A stretch of 64,000 nt of DNA from Acinetobacter phage 133, in sequence record HM114315.1; one strand, 5' to 3'. Within the stretch, counting starts at the first letter, position 1, and each line of letters begins with the position of its first letter. The notes under the pieces were generated by a model. That model did not search any database and had not been told where the DNA came from. It saw only the letters and a list, made by a program, of their open reading frames with translations. Positions 42,651 to 52,934 of this stretch are shown in pieces. The position numbers and the translations under genes were made by a program.

Positions 42651-43217
42651 ATGCTTTTATCATTTTATAACCCAATTCAGTACGCTGCTAAGACAGTAGA
42701 TCCAAATGCCCCTCCTGTATTGATGACTCAGATTTTTCGTAACTACCAATCGTATTTCAATACTGTTGCAAAACGTTATCGTTTGATGAGTTTCAATATA
42801 CAAGGTGCTCCACGTCCAGAACAGTTGGCCAATACACTGTACGGTAACCCTCAGTTATACTGGGTGCTTTTGATGTGTAATAACGTGTATGACCCTTATC
42901 ATGGGTGGATCAAACCACAACAGGTTGTTTATCAATCAGTGCGCCAAGTACATCCCGAACCAGGCGTAGCATATCATTTGGATATAAAGGGCGAGCGATA
43001 TTACAATCTAGTTGAATCTGCACCTGGCTCAGGCCAATGGTTTGATAAAGGTGACATTAGTCAAGATCACAGACAATATCAAGGACCTCTTGCTGCAGTC
43101 AGTTATAGCGAGGCTGCAATATTAGAAAATGAGCGTTTGAGAAAAATTAAAATTATTAATCCGTCGGATATGGAACAATTTCTATCTGACTTCATCAAGG
43201 AATTGGAGCGTAACTAA
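42651..43217 (+). CDS. 53: baseplate wedge protein gp53
   Basis: 188 aa. ...F.PI.YAAKTV..NAP...MT.IFRNY..YF....YRL.....GSPRPE.LAN..YGNPQLYWVLLMCN matches T4 gp53. Confidence 0.85.
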   Translation: MLLSFYNPIQYAAKTVDPNAPPVLMTQIFRNYQSYFNTVAKRYRLMSFNIQGAPRPEQLANTLYGNPQLYWVLLMCNNVYDPYHGWIKPQQVVYQSVRQVHPEPGVAYHLDIKGERYYNLVESAPGSGQWFDKGDISQDHRQYQGPLAAVSYSEAAILENERLRKIKIINPSDMEQFLSDFIKELERN

Positions 43218-44971
43218 TGTTAATGCAACACTCTAACCCAGAATTTTTTAGTGGTGTAGTTGAAAATCGGATGGACCCAAATATGGCCGGCCGTGTGCAA
43301 GTTCGTGTTATGGGTGTGCATCCATTTTCTCGCATCCAAGGCGATATTGAAGGCATTCCAGTTGAAGATCTCCCCTGGATGAGCATTTGCATGCCGGCCA
43401 CATCAGCATCAAAAAATGGTGTTGGTTCATCTAATACAGGTTTGCTTGAGGGCTCTCATGTATTTGGTCTTTGGCTTGATAAGTATAAAACAAATGGTAT
43501 TGTGCTTGGATCTATAAGTGGAAAAATGTTAGTTTCGCCAAATCCTAATGAAGGGTTCAGTGATCCTACGGGCCAGTATAGTGAAGGTAATGATACCAAC
43601 CCACTTGGCATTGGCACTGAATCTGGACAAGGGGCAGACGCTAATGCAATACAAGACGCAAATCTTGGAACAGGCCTTGCCCCCGATGGTAAACCTTGGG
43701 ATCAGCAAACACCCGATAATAATCCCTCTATGACAATGGACACTATGCTACGTCGTGATGAAGGTGTCAAAAATCAGCTTTATTGGGATAAGTTAGGATT
43801 CCCCACCATTGGAATCGGGCATTTAATTCTAGCTACTAAAACTCGTGATTCAGGCCAGATCAATGCTGCACTAAGTCGGCAATTGGGACGATCTGTATCA
43901 GGGTCAAGACCTACTATTTCACACGATGAAATTATTCGTCTTTTTGAGGATGACTTAGCTCGAATTCAAAAATCGATGCGCAAAAATAAAAAGATTGCTG
44001 CGGCTTTAGCATCATGTAATAAATCTCGTCAGATGGCCTTAGAAAATATGGCTTTCCAGTTAGGCGTAGGTGGATTGGCAAACTTCAGTAATTCGTTGGC
44101 CCTAATTGCAGCACAGAATTGGAAAGCCGCTCGTGCATCTCTTATGAATTCATTGTGGGCTCGTCAGACCCCAGGTCGAGCCCAACGTGTATCATTAATC
44201 ATCCTTAGTGGCAACTTAAGTTCATACGGGGTTAAAGCCTCAACTAAAACCGCTCGAGGTACTCTTGTCGCACCAGTTAATAATGCCGAATCATTTTTGA
44301 ATAATATCCCTGACAACTGGGATGACATCGACTGGTCAGCTGAAATTCCTGATGACGATTCATTAGTGATGTTTACTGAACCTGCCAGTTCATACAAAGG
44401 CGAATATCCATACGTGCACGTGTATCAGTCTGAGTCAGGACATGTCCAAGAGTTTGATGACACTCCTGGCAATGAGCGGTACCGTATCATGCATCCAACT
44501 GGCACTTATACCGAAACCGCGGCGGATGGTCGGAAAACAGATAAAGTCGTAGGTGACCAATACAATATTGTCGATGGAACCCGATATGAATCGGCGTCAA
44601 ACTTAAAACGCAGTATTGCCGGCGATGATACACTTTACACAGTAGGCAATTCAAAACGCACTGTTGGGGCAGATTCTACATTAACAATTCATGGTAGTAG
44701 AACCGAAGTTATACAAGGCGACTGGTCAATTAATGTACAAGGATCTGCAAAGATCAATGTACAAGGAACTGCTGATATTGGAGTTCAAGGAAATGCGACT
44801 ACTGACGTGAACGGTGATTATTCACTGAAGGTTGGAGGCAGTCTCAATTGGGAAGTCGGTGGCGGAGTTAACTGGGAAGTGGGCGGGTCTGTTAATCAGA
44901 AAATGTCTGCACTTACTCAAGAAATGGGCGGAGCTTATTCTATTACGGCATCAAGGGTGGATATCCAATGA
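43217..44971 (+). CDS. 5: baseplate hub/tail lysozyme gp5
   Basis: 584 aa. OB-fold N-terminus. Lysozyme domain (LYWDKLGFPTIGIGHLI). C-terminal beta-helix repeats (VQGNATTDVNGD...). Confidence 0.9.
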   Translation: MLMQHSNPEFFSGVVENRMDPNMAGRVQVRVMGVHPFSRIQGDIEGIPVEDLPWMSICMPATSASKNGVGSSNTGLLEGSHVFGLWLDKYKTNGIVLGSISGKMLVSPNPNEGFSDPTGQYSEGNDTNPLGIGTESGQGADANAIQDANLGTGLAPDGKPWDQQTPDNNPSMTMDTMLRRDEGVKNQLYWDKLGFPTIGIGHLILATKTRDSGQINAALSRQLGRSVSGSRPTISHDEIIRLFEDDLARIQKSMRKNKKIAAALASCNKSRQMALENMAFQLGVGGLANFSNSLALIAAQNWKAARASLMNSLWARQTPGRAQRVSLIILSGNLSSYGVKASTKTARGTLVAPVNNAESFLNNIPDNWDDIDWSAEIPDDDSLVMFTEPASSYKGEYPYVHVYQSESGHVQEFDDTPGNERYRIMHPTGTYTETAADGRKTDKVVGDQYNIVDGTRYESASNLKRSIAGDDTLYTVGNSKRTVGADSTLTIHGSRTEVIQGDWSINVQGSAKINVQGTADIGVQGNATTDVNGDYSLKVGGSLNWEVGGGVNWEVGGSVNQKMSALTQEMGGAYSITASRVDIQ

Positions 44972-45405
44972 CATTAGACCCACAAGGTCCTTTATTAGAA
45001 CCTGTATTGGAAGGTGAACAATTTGACATTGAGTTTATTGGTGATTATACCACAATTGATATTGTTCTCCTTGATTTCCCTGATACGGTGACGGTAACGG
45101 GCAATAAAATACATGGTGTGTTCAATTTAGTTTTTGACCTCCCAAATCAAGGCCTTAAATATAGAGACGGGATGGACTACGGTTCAACCTCTCAATTTAA
45201 GGATGTGCCAGAAGATGCTGATATATACTCATATTCGCCACCGGTTGGCTCTATACGGAACTATAACCTAAGAGTTAATATAACCTATACCGATATCGCA
45301 ACTGGCGGTGGTGAGCAATCAGAGACGATTGAATACATACTACCGGTCGACATCAACTACAGTTTGTATGCTCAGGCATTGAGGGATGCGTTATGGCAGC
45401 AGTAA
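44968..45405 (+). CDS. gp5.1-like hypothetical protein
   Basis: 145-aa ORF between gp5 and the PAAR protein, as T4 5.1 is. Confidence 0.4.
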   Translation: MTLDPQGPLLEPVLEGEQFDIEFIGDYTTIDIVLLDFPDTVTVTGNKIHGVFNLVFDLPNQGLKYRDGMDYGSTSQFKDVPEDADIYSYSPPVGSIRNYNLRVNITYTDIATGGGEQSETIEYILPVDINYSLYAQALRDALWQQ

Positions 45406-45665
45406 CATATAACGGCGCGATGACAACGGGTCACGGGAAAGCAAAACCTACTCAACTAGTAGCCACTCAATCAAAAATGTTTGTTGATGGGTTGGCTGTT
45501 ATAGTAGCAGGCGATCCCATTATCCCTCATCGAGGTCACGAAGGCACAACAATTCCTTCACAATCAAAATTATTCATTCAGGGTAAACCTGCAATTATGA
45601 TCGGCGACAGTATATCTTGTGGCGACATGGTTGCAATGGGCAGCCCAAAATTATTCGTAGGATAG
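45393..45665 (+). CDS. 5.4: PAAR-repeat spike tip protein gp5.4
   Basis: 90 aa with PAAR-like repeats (VAGDPIIPHRGHEG, GKPAIMIGDSISCGD). Confidence 0.7.
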   Translation: MAAVTYNGAMTTGHGKAKPTQLVATQSKMFVDGLAVIVAGDPIIPHRGHEGTTIPSQSKLFIQGKPAIMIGDSISCGDMVAMGSPKLFVG

Positions 45666-45668
45666 AAA

Positions 45669-47621
45669 ATGGCAACACAAAACCCAATTCACGGTCAATT
45701 AATCCGAGCGGTAAATGCAATCCCTGAAGTGTTCACTGGTGGTACATTCCAAGAGATCAAAGCCGATCTTATCAACTGGTTACAGGGTCAAGATGAATTC
45801 AAAGACTTTGATTTTGCGGGATCTAGACTTAACGTACTTTTAGATCTTTTATCATACAGTATTTTATACGGCCAACAATTTGCCAATACTGCAGTTTATG
45901 AAAGCTTCATCCGTACGGCTAACCTGCGCTCATCAGTAGTACAAGCTGCTCAGGATAAATCATATCTTCCCGATTCGATGAGTGCATCACAAACCAACAT
46001 TTTGCTTAAAGTTAGTCATTCATTAAAGCCAAAAAGTGTAACTATTGCGCGAGGCACTAAATTCTTGGCATATGCTCGTGATACATCGGCTGAGCCATAT
46101 CCATTTGTTGTAACTGAGGATGTTGTTGCAGTAAAAGATACCAATAATCAGTATATGCCTACTGTTCGATTATCTCAGGGCCGTATTGTTCGTACAGAAA
46201 TGCTTTTCACTCGTAACCAACCTATCATTGTACGCGATGCCAATATTGATCGCGATACGATTCGTGTATTTGTTGACGGCGCACGCTGGACCGACTGGAC
46301 CCGCAAGTCAATGGTTCACGCTGGATCAATCAGTACGATCTACTATGTCCGCGAAACTATTGATGGATTCACTGAGGTTTACTTTGGTGAAGGTGAACAA
46401 TCAACCACAATTGAAAATGGCGCATTAGAAGGAAACTATGTAGGGGGTCTTAAGCCAGTTGAAAACAGCTCAATTGTAGTTGAATATATCCGTACCGAAG
46501 GTTCTAAATCAAATGGTGCGAAAGAATTCACGTATGCTGATACGCTCCAGTACATCACTGTGGATCAAGTAATAGAAAATCCTAATAATGACCCAGACTA
46601 TGTTGGTGCGACTGGTGGTGGAGATCCTGAGGACATTGAACGTATCCGCGAACTTGCAGTAGTTAAGCAAGAGACTCAAATGCGTTGTGTAACTGCAACA
46701 GATTATGATAGTTTTGTCTCGTCTCGTTTTGGATCTATTGTACAAGCGGTCCAAACTTTTACCGATAAAGACAAACCTGGATACGCATTTATTGCAATTA
46801 AACCTAAATCAGGTCTTTACTTAACCGCTGTACAACGTGAAGATATCGAAAATTATTTGAAAGATTACAATGTTTCCACAATTACCCCGACCGCGATTTC
46901 TCCTGATTATCTTTTCATTAAACATAATGTTAAGGTGACCTATGCGATTAATAAATTGCAGGAGTCTGAGCAATGGTTACAAAGTAAAGTAATTGATCAA
47001 ATTGATAAATATTATACAGACCAAGTAGAACTGTTTAATAAATCATTTGCCAAGTCAAAAATGCTAAATTACGTGGACAATACAGATCACTCGATCATTG
47101 GCTCCACCGCAAGTATTGAGATGGTTCGAGAAATACAGAACTTTTATATGACTCCTGAGTCCGGTATTAAGTTCAACAATATTGTCAAGCCTCGCTCGCT
47201 TTATACAAATGAATTTCCATTTACACCAGGCAACAATAACGATCCGTATCAAGTACGTATTCTAGCTACCGATGCAGATGCATCAGGACAAGGCAAAATT
47301 GTAATTGGGCCGTTTATCCCAGGTGACGTTCAAGAAACTCAATACGTTAAACCTTACTTGGGCGATGACTTTAATCGAGTCGTTATCGGGGCACAAACAC
47401 TTTATTTTGAAATCGGTCAAGTCAACTATCCATCAGATTTCATCTATTGGAATATTGGCGCAATTAATGTGTCATCTGACATGTTTGAAGTCCAAACTAT
47501 TGAATTGTATTCTGACCCTGTTGATGACAATATCTTTACAAAAGATGGGTCGTTAATTGTGTTTGAAAATGATATCAGACCACAATATACCAACATTATT
47601 ATGGAGGCGGTAACACAATGA
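45669..47621 (+). CDS. 6: baseplate wedge protein gp6
   Basis: 650 aa; position and size match T4 gp6. Confidence 0.8.
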   Translation: MATQNPIHGQLIRAVNAIPEVFTGGTFQEIKADLINWLQGQDEFKDFDFAGSRLNVLLDLLSYSILYGQQFANTAVYESFIRTANLRSSVVQAAQDKSYLPDSMSASQTNILLKVSHSLKPKSVTIARGTKFLAYARDTSAEPYPFVVTEDVVAVKDTNNQYMPTVRLSQGRIVRTEMLFTRNQPIIVRDANIDRDTIRVFVDGARWTDWTRKSMVHAGSISTIYYVRETIDGFTEVYFGEGEQSTTIENGALEGNYVGGLKPVENSSIVVEYIRTEGSKSNGAKEFTYADTLQYITVDQVIENPNNDPDYVGATGGGDPEDIERIRELAVVKQETQMRCVTATDYDSFVSSRFGSIVQAVQTFTDKDKPGYAFIAIKPKSGLYLTAVQREDIENYLKDYNVSTITPTAISPDYLFIKHNVKVTYAINKLQESEQWLQSKVIDQIDKYYTDQVELFNKSFAKSKMLNYVDNTDHSIIGSTASIEMVREIQNFYMTPESGIKFNNIVKPRSLYTNEFPFTPGNNNDPYQVRILATDADASGQGKIVIGPFIPGDVQETQYVKPYLGDDFNRVVIGAQTLYFEIGQVNYPSDFIYWNIGAINVSSDMFEVQTIELYSDPVDDNIFTKDGSLIVFENDIRPQYTNIIMEAVTQ

Positions 47622-50600
47622 CCGTTCAAGCACCTACAATAACCAGTTTAACTATTACTAAGTTATCTGCTAATGATGTACAGATTCGCTGGGACAATGT
47701 GGGTTCTAACTTTTTCTACTTAGTTGAGGTCACTGAAACACGTGACCCTCTAACAGGGATTAGCTGGAATCAACTCCCGTACACAACAGAGGCAGAATAT
47801 TTTTATTCTCAGCTCAAACCAAATACATATTATAAAATGCGTGTCGGAGTTACTGCTGAAGGGTTTACTCCTTCTGAATGGGTTGAAACTGAGGAGTTTC
47901 AGTCATTCACTCAAAATGCTTATACTTTTGAAACCATGGGTGAACTCAATTTAATTACTAAGTTCATTCAAGAAAAATTTGTAAAAAATAACCAGTCATA
48001 CGTTGATTTTAACAGTGATGTGGTATACGCGGCTTTAATGGGGGAATCATTCCAGTACAGCCCTCACTACGAAGACATTAGCAGTATTCAAAACCATATT
48101 CTTTTTGAAAACGAATATCATGAAATCCAAGAAGACATTCAAAAGGTTTGTACTGATATTGATCGAGTTTACTTAATGGAGTCCAATGGCATTCTATATC
48201 TGTTTGAACGATATCAACCAATTGTTAAAGTGTCAAATGACAAAGGTCAAAACTGGAAAGCTGTTAAATTACTGAATGATCGTGTTGGATATCCATTGTC
48301 TCGTACTGTTTTCTATCAAACATCCACAACCACATATTTGTTGGGGCTAGACCGCATTTTCTATGGTCGACAATCAACTGATGTTCGCTGGTCCGCGGAT
48401 GATGTTAAGTTTAGTTCACAAGATGTAACTTTCGCAAAAGTCGGTGATCAACTTAATCTTGGGTATGACGTTGAGTTATTCAGCTCATATGCTCGATTGC
48501 CAGCGGCTTTATCAAAGATAACAGAATCCATTGCATCAACTGAAGAATACGTATATGTGGTGGCTCGCGATAAAGTACAACGAATTAAAACGCAAAACGC
48601 ACCAACTGATACAGATCCTTTGTCTCCTACGTTCGGTGAAAAGTTGTTTGATTCTTGGACATCAAATATTACCGGTAGCCCCAAAGCAGTTTGTTATAAG
48701 TTGGATGCGGTTGATGGTGAAGTATTTGCTTTAATCACTGGTGAGGTCGCGCAGGTGGGGTTTGATCCTCGTACTAGCGAAATACTCGACTCTGATCTAA
48801 AAGGAGTGTACAGGCTCACTGGTGACACATGGACGCGTATATTCGGCAATACAGAAGAAGAACGTTATCGTATTGAAGTTGGTTATACTTCAATGTCTAC
48901 AGATGGTAATGAATTATTCATTAGTTCAAGTAATCATCGATTAACCGATGAATTTATTGTACCTGATCCGGAATTGTCTCAAAAATATCCAGATGTACAG
49001 GCTGCAGTTAAATCTGAATTTGATCAACAATATGTACATGACAAACACTATCTAATGATGTCATTCCGCACCGGTGAAGCTCTTGGATGGGCTGAAATGA
49101 AACCTGGTCGCATGAAATATTATGCCGAGCCATTCTTTTCATATTGTAAAAAATCAAGCACTCGATGCTGGATTACTAACTCAAATCGTGTACTGGTAGT
49201 TTACAATGATATTACTCATGCCTATCCTATTGATACATTTGGAGAGCGTAGCCCGAATCGAGTAATGAAAGAAACGTGGAAAAAAGGTACCTTTACTGCG
49301 ATTAGCCCGAATATTGAGTTTAATAACTTCAATCGGTACGCAGCTGGGGTTATATTCTATAAGTCAAGTGGTGAATTAATAGCATATTATGAGTTTAATT
49401 ATCGGGTACGGGATGATGTGCGTATTGTATGGAAGCCGACCAATGTGTTTTTTTCGGCCTACTTGCAGAACCAAACACGTGAAGACCCATGGGTGCCTGA
49501 TGTTAATCCAAACCGAGTTGATCCAGATTTAAGACCACTCTTGAACAAAATTATTCCTGATTCGTATCTTCTGGAAGATTCTAATTTTGAAAAATTCTGC
49601 GAGTATTACTTGCAGTATATCAGTACGGGTTATGGTACACAATATAACAACCTTTTGAACTTGATTCGTAACAAATATCCTAAAGAAGAACATTCTTGGG
49701 AATACATGTGGGGTGAAGTATACAAACGTAATTTGTATTTGGACCGCGAAAAACGTGATTATGTGGCTCGATTCTTTGAGACCCGTAAGTCTGATTTTTA
49801 TTCTACTAAAGGTATTGAAGCGAGCTATAAATTTTTGTTCCGGTTATTGTACAATGAAGATGTTGAAATCGATATCGAGTCTAACTCAGGTACAGAATAC
49901 GACATCATTGTTGAATCGGATAACATCAATGAAGGTATTGTGGGCCAAACCATTTATACTGAATCTGGTCGATGTAATGTAACATACATGCAGCGCAACT
50001 ATGTAAAGGGTAAGCTTCAATGGCGTATCACTATTCATAATATGTTGGGTCGTTTTTTGGTTGGTCAAGAAGTTAAAGCAGAGCGTTCGACGTTCGAAGG
50101 AACTATTGTTCAAGGTGTTCGCGGCAAGGATCTTATGACCAATAATATTGATTATATCAATCGTAGCCGGTCATATTACGTTATGAAAATTAAGTCAACT
50201 TTGCCGACTTCACGTTACCGTGAGGATATCCTTCGCTTTGTACATCCAGTTGGTTTTGGATTTGTTGGTATCACATTATTGACAATGTTCATTAATGCTG
50301 GACTTTCTCTAAAACATGTCGAAACTGTGATAAATAAGTACAAGACGTATCGTTGGGACGCGGGTTTACCATCGGTTTGGCCTGATCGAGTGGCAGTATT
50401 GAATGCACAAGATAAAATTGAAACTGACAGCATTACCGGGGAGCCTGTGTACGCACAGCATTCAAATGCGGGTCAGCCTTTCCCATTACCGCCAAACTAT
50501 GATGCTGAAAACAATAATTCAATTATCGGTGGTCAAACTCCGGGAGAACGTCGTAAACCGATGAGCCCGACATTTGACCAAACTGCTGTTACTTTCTCTA

Positions 50601-50692
50601 AGTTCCGTGCTTTGGTTGACGAACGATTGAAAGAAAATGTCGGCAACCCCCGCGATCCAGTTGATCCGACTCTTATTAATATTGGAGATTAA
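47618..50692 (+). CDS. 7: baseplate wedge protein gp7
   Basis: 1024 aa; position and size match T4 gp7. Confidence 0.8.
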   Translation: MTVQAPTITSLTITKLSANDVQIRWDNVGSNFFYLVEVTETRDPLTGISWNQLPYTTEAEYFYSQLKPNTYYKMRVGVTAEGFTPSEWVETEEFQSFTQNAYTFETMGELNLITKFIQEKFVKNNQSYVDFNSDVVYAALMGESFQYSPHYEDISSIQNHILFENEYHEIQEDIQKVCTDIDRVYLMESNGILYLFERYQPIVKVSNDKGQNWKAVKLLNDRVGYPLSRTVFYQTSTTTYLLGLDRIFYGRQSTDVRWSADDVKFSSQDVTFAKVGDQLNLGYDVELFSSYARLPAALSKITESIASTEEYVYVVARDKVQRIKTQNAPTDTDPLSPTFGEKLFDSWTSNITGSPKAVCYKLDAVDGEVFALITGEVAQVGFDPRTSEILDSDLKGVYRLTGDTWTRIFGNTEEERYRIEVGYTSMSTDGNELFISSSNHRLTDEFIVPDPELSQKYPDVQAAVKSEFDQQYVHDKHYLMMSFRTGEALGWAEMKPGRMKYYAEPFFSYCKKSSTRCWITNSNRVLVVYNDITHAYPIDTFGERSPNRVMKETWKKGTFTAISPNIEFNNFNRYAAGVIFYKSSGELIAYYEFNYRVRDDVRIVWKPTNVFFSAYLQNQTREDPWVPDVNPNRVDPDLRPLLNKIIPDSYLLEDSNFEKFCEYYLQYISTGYGTQYNNLLNLIRNKYPKEEHSWEYMWGEVYKRNLYLDREKRDYVARFFETRKSDFYSTKGIEASYKFLFRLLYNEDVEIDIESNSGTEYDIIVESDNINEGIVGQTIYTESGRCNVTYMQRNYVKGKLQWRITIHNMLGRFLVGQEVKAERSTFEGTIVQGVRGKDLMTNNIDYINRSRSYYVMKIKSTLPTSRYREDILRFVHPVGFGFVGITLLTMFINAGLSLKHVETVINKYKTYRWDAGLPSVWPDRVAVLNAQDKIETDSITGEPVYAQHSNAGQPFPLPPNYDAENNNSIIGGQTPGERRKPMSPTFDQTAVTFSKFRALVDERLKENVGNPRDPVDPTLINIGD

Positions 50693-50693
50693 A

Positions 50694-51698
50694 ATGGCTG
50701 TAACAAGCTCAATTTACCGTGCGATTATTACTTCAAAGTTTCGCACGGAAAAGATGCATAATTTTTACCTAACTGTGGGCGACACAGAGGGTCTAAATTC
50801 ATTGTTTCTCACATTCGGCCGTGACACTCCATGGGCAGTGAATGAAAAAGATCCTGGGTTTGCTCCGCCGTATCCGGTGGACAACCCTCAAGGGGTGATG
50901 AATGTATGGTCCGATATGCTTGGTTGTGTAAAAATCAAGCAATCTTATTTGGACGCCGTTGTGCCTCGTAAGGATTGGGGCGATGTTCGTTATCCCAATT
51001 CTCGTACGTTCTTGGTGGGTGAAATTGTAGTAACCAATACCGCACCGTTTAACCGGGCACCTGGTGCGGCAGGATGGATGGTCTACAAAGTAGTTGACGT
51101 GCCTTCGCAGGGTGAGTGTTCAATCTCAACTATTTCTGGTAAAGAGGAATGTGTAAAACTTGGTGGGAAATGGACTCCAAGTGTAGAATCATTTATTATT
51201 CCTACTGGTACCGGTGACTCAGAGGGTTTAATAGACACAGGGGATGGATACGTATGGGAATATTTGTATGAAATTCCGGCCGATGTGTCGATTAACCGAT
51301 GCACAAATGAGTATATTGCTGTGCCTTGGCCTGACGAGTTAAAGGCAGATCCTGTGCGTTGGGGATATCAAAATAATTTGACTTGGCAACAAGATGATTA
51401 TGGATTGATCTTCCGAATTAAAGCAACTCAGATTCGGTTTAAAGCATATTTTGATTCTGTATATTTCCCAGAGGCCTCTGTTTTGGGTAACACTGGATTC
51501 CGTCAGATTAGCATTATTGTTAATCCGCTAGAGAAGAAAACTAAGCCAACCAACACAAACATAGTGGCTCGTAAAGATAACTATTTGGCGTCTGGGTTGG
51601 AACGACACTCAGGAGAGATGATCTATATTGAAAATCATCCACCAATTATCCGTGCTGTTGACCAGACGGAGGAAATAAATATCGTATTTAATTTCTAA
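50694..51698 (+). CDS. 8: baseplate wedge protein gp8
   Basis: Start taken at MAVTSSIYRAI, directly after the gp7 stop; 334 aa like T4 gp8. The ORF track begins upstream at 50637, inside gp7. Confidence 0.8.
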   Translation: MAVTSSIYRAIITSKFRTEKMHNFYLTVGDTEGLNSLFLTFGRDTPWAVNEKDPGFAPPYPVDNPQGVMNVWSDMLGCVKIKQSYLDAVVPRKDWGDVRYPNSRTFLVGEIVVTNTAPFNRAPGAAGWMVYKVVDVPSQGECSISTISGKEECVKLGGKWTPSVESFIIPTGTGDSEGLIDTGDGYVWEYLYEIPADVSINRCTNEYIAVPWPDELKADPVRWGYQNNLTWQQDDYGLIFRIKATQIRFKAYFDSVYFPEASVLGNTGFRQISIIVNPLEKKTKPTNTNIVARKDNYLASGLERHSGEMIYIENHPPIIRAVDQTEEINIVFNF

Positions 51699-51703
51699 TA
51701 AAA

Positions 51704-51726
51704 AGGGCCTCTAAAAATGAGGCCCT
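51704..51726. terminator. bidirectional intrinsic terminator
   Basis: AGGGCCTC-taaaaat-GAGGCCCT hairpin flanked by an A-run and a T-run, between convergent gp8 and 51732..52004. Confidence 0.6.
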
Positions 51727-51731
51727 TTTTA

Positions 51732-52004
51732 TTAGAAAATTGCTTTGTATTTCATTTCATCATTTGCCACATTCATGATCATCATAAACACTTTGGCTTG
51801 ATCGTCAACACAGAAATTGTTTTTAATTGTTTCTCGTAATGAACCTGGTGTACATACCAGCTTGCTATTGAGTTTACGATCAATATCAAAATTGATATCT
51901 TGGAACTGATTGTTGACTTCAATCTGAACCGCATCCCCCAAAGAGTTTTTAAATGTAATAACTGAACTAATCATTTTTGCCATCCAAGTAGTTGATGAAT
52001 ACAA
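51732..52004 (-). CDS. hypothetical protein
   Basis: 90-aa minus-strand ORF between gp8 and gp9. Confidence 0.3.
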   Translation of the reverse strand: MYSSTTWMAKMISSVITFKNSLGDAVQIEVNNQFQDINFDIDRKLNSKLVCTPGSLRETIKNNFCVDDQAKVFMMIMNVANDEMKYKAIF

Positions 52005-52039
52005 TAATAGTCCAGTTCAACAAGAATGTAAACATAAAC

Positions 52040-52047
52040 TATAAATA
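52040..52047 (+). promoter_or_regulatory. T4-type late promoter TATAAATA
   Basis: Exact TATAAATA 24 nt upstream of the gp9 ATG. Confidence 0.6.
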
Positions 52048-52070
52048 ATTATAAATTAGCGAGGTTTCTC

Positions 52071-52934
52071 ATGTACGCACAAGTCGGAAAACAGAAAGTA
52101 GATATTGGCCAGATTGGTAACCCGTCAACTGGTGATATTTTATATGACGGCGGTGACAAAATTAATATAAACGGAGACGCGATCTTTAATACATTTGGTG
52201 ATCAACGTCTATATAGCCAAGGTATTGCAGAGGGCAATCAAGTTCTACATGCAACTGGGTATTATCAAAAGGCTACTCAATTGGATTTTCGTACTCCCGT
52301 TGCACTGGGCTCTATGTTTGATGTCGATACTACATCAGGATCAGTCAATCCTATTTTGGACGAAGGTAAACGAGGTGAAGGGGTAGTTTTTGTCAACTTT
52401 AATGGATCGCTTAGTGTTAATCGTCCAATGATTATCCAAGCGTCGGGCGGAGGGTCATTCGTAGGTGTTCAAGGCGCATTGTCTGTTACTGCCCCCTTTT
52501 CGCGAGTAGAGTGTTGGTGTATTGATGATACAGGTGGGGTGCCTATCTGGAATTATAAAATTACATCATTGTTTGGCACCGATCAGTCCCCAGTTGATAA
52601 AACATATGCTTTGACGGCAATACCTACAAATATTCAGCTATCACATTTATCTGAATTCCAATCGATGAAGGTCCTATTAACTGCTACTAATCAAAATAGT
52701 TCAAAAATGCGCAGCTCGGAGGCCAACCTATTAATTGACTCTGTAAATAAAAAAGTACATACAACAGAGTTTGCCGTATTACAAACTGGCTTCACTGAAG
52801 GCCAAGCAGAACTATTTAATTTTGAATTCACCATTGACGTACAAGGATACGTTAGCCTAACCGCAAAAACCACTTATTCTAATGTGAGGCTTGCAGTTAA
52901 GGTCATAACAACACAAAAAATCGGAGCTGCATAA
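52071..52934 (+). CDS. 9: baseplate wedge tail-fiber connector gp9
   Basis: 287 aa. IDIGQIGNPSTGDILYDGG, HATGYYQK and C-terminal VKVITTQKIGAA match T4 gp9. Confidence 0.85.
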   Translation: MYAQVGKQKVDIGQIGNPSTGDILYDGGDKININGDAIFNTFGDQRLYSQGIAEGNQVLHATGYYQKATQLDFRTPVALGSMFDVDTTSGSVNPILDEGKRGEGVVFVNFNGSLSVNRPMIIQASGGGSFVGVQGALSVTAPFSRVECWCIDDTGGVPIWNYKITSLFGTDQSPVDKTYALTAIPTNIQLSHLSEFQSMKVLLTATNQNSSKMRSSEANLLIDSVNKKVHTTEFAVLQTGFTEGQAELFNFEFTIDVQGYVSLTAKTTYSNVRLAVKVITTQKIGAA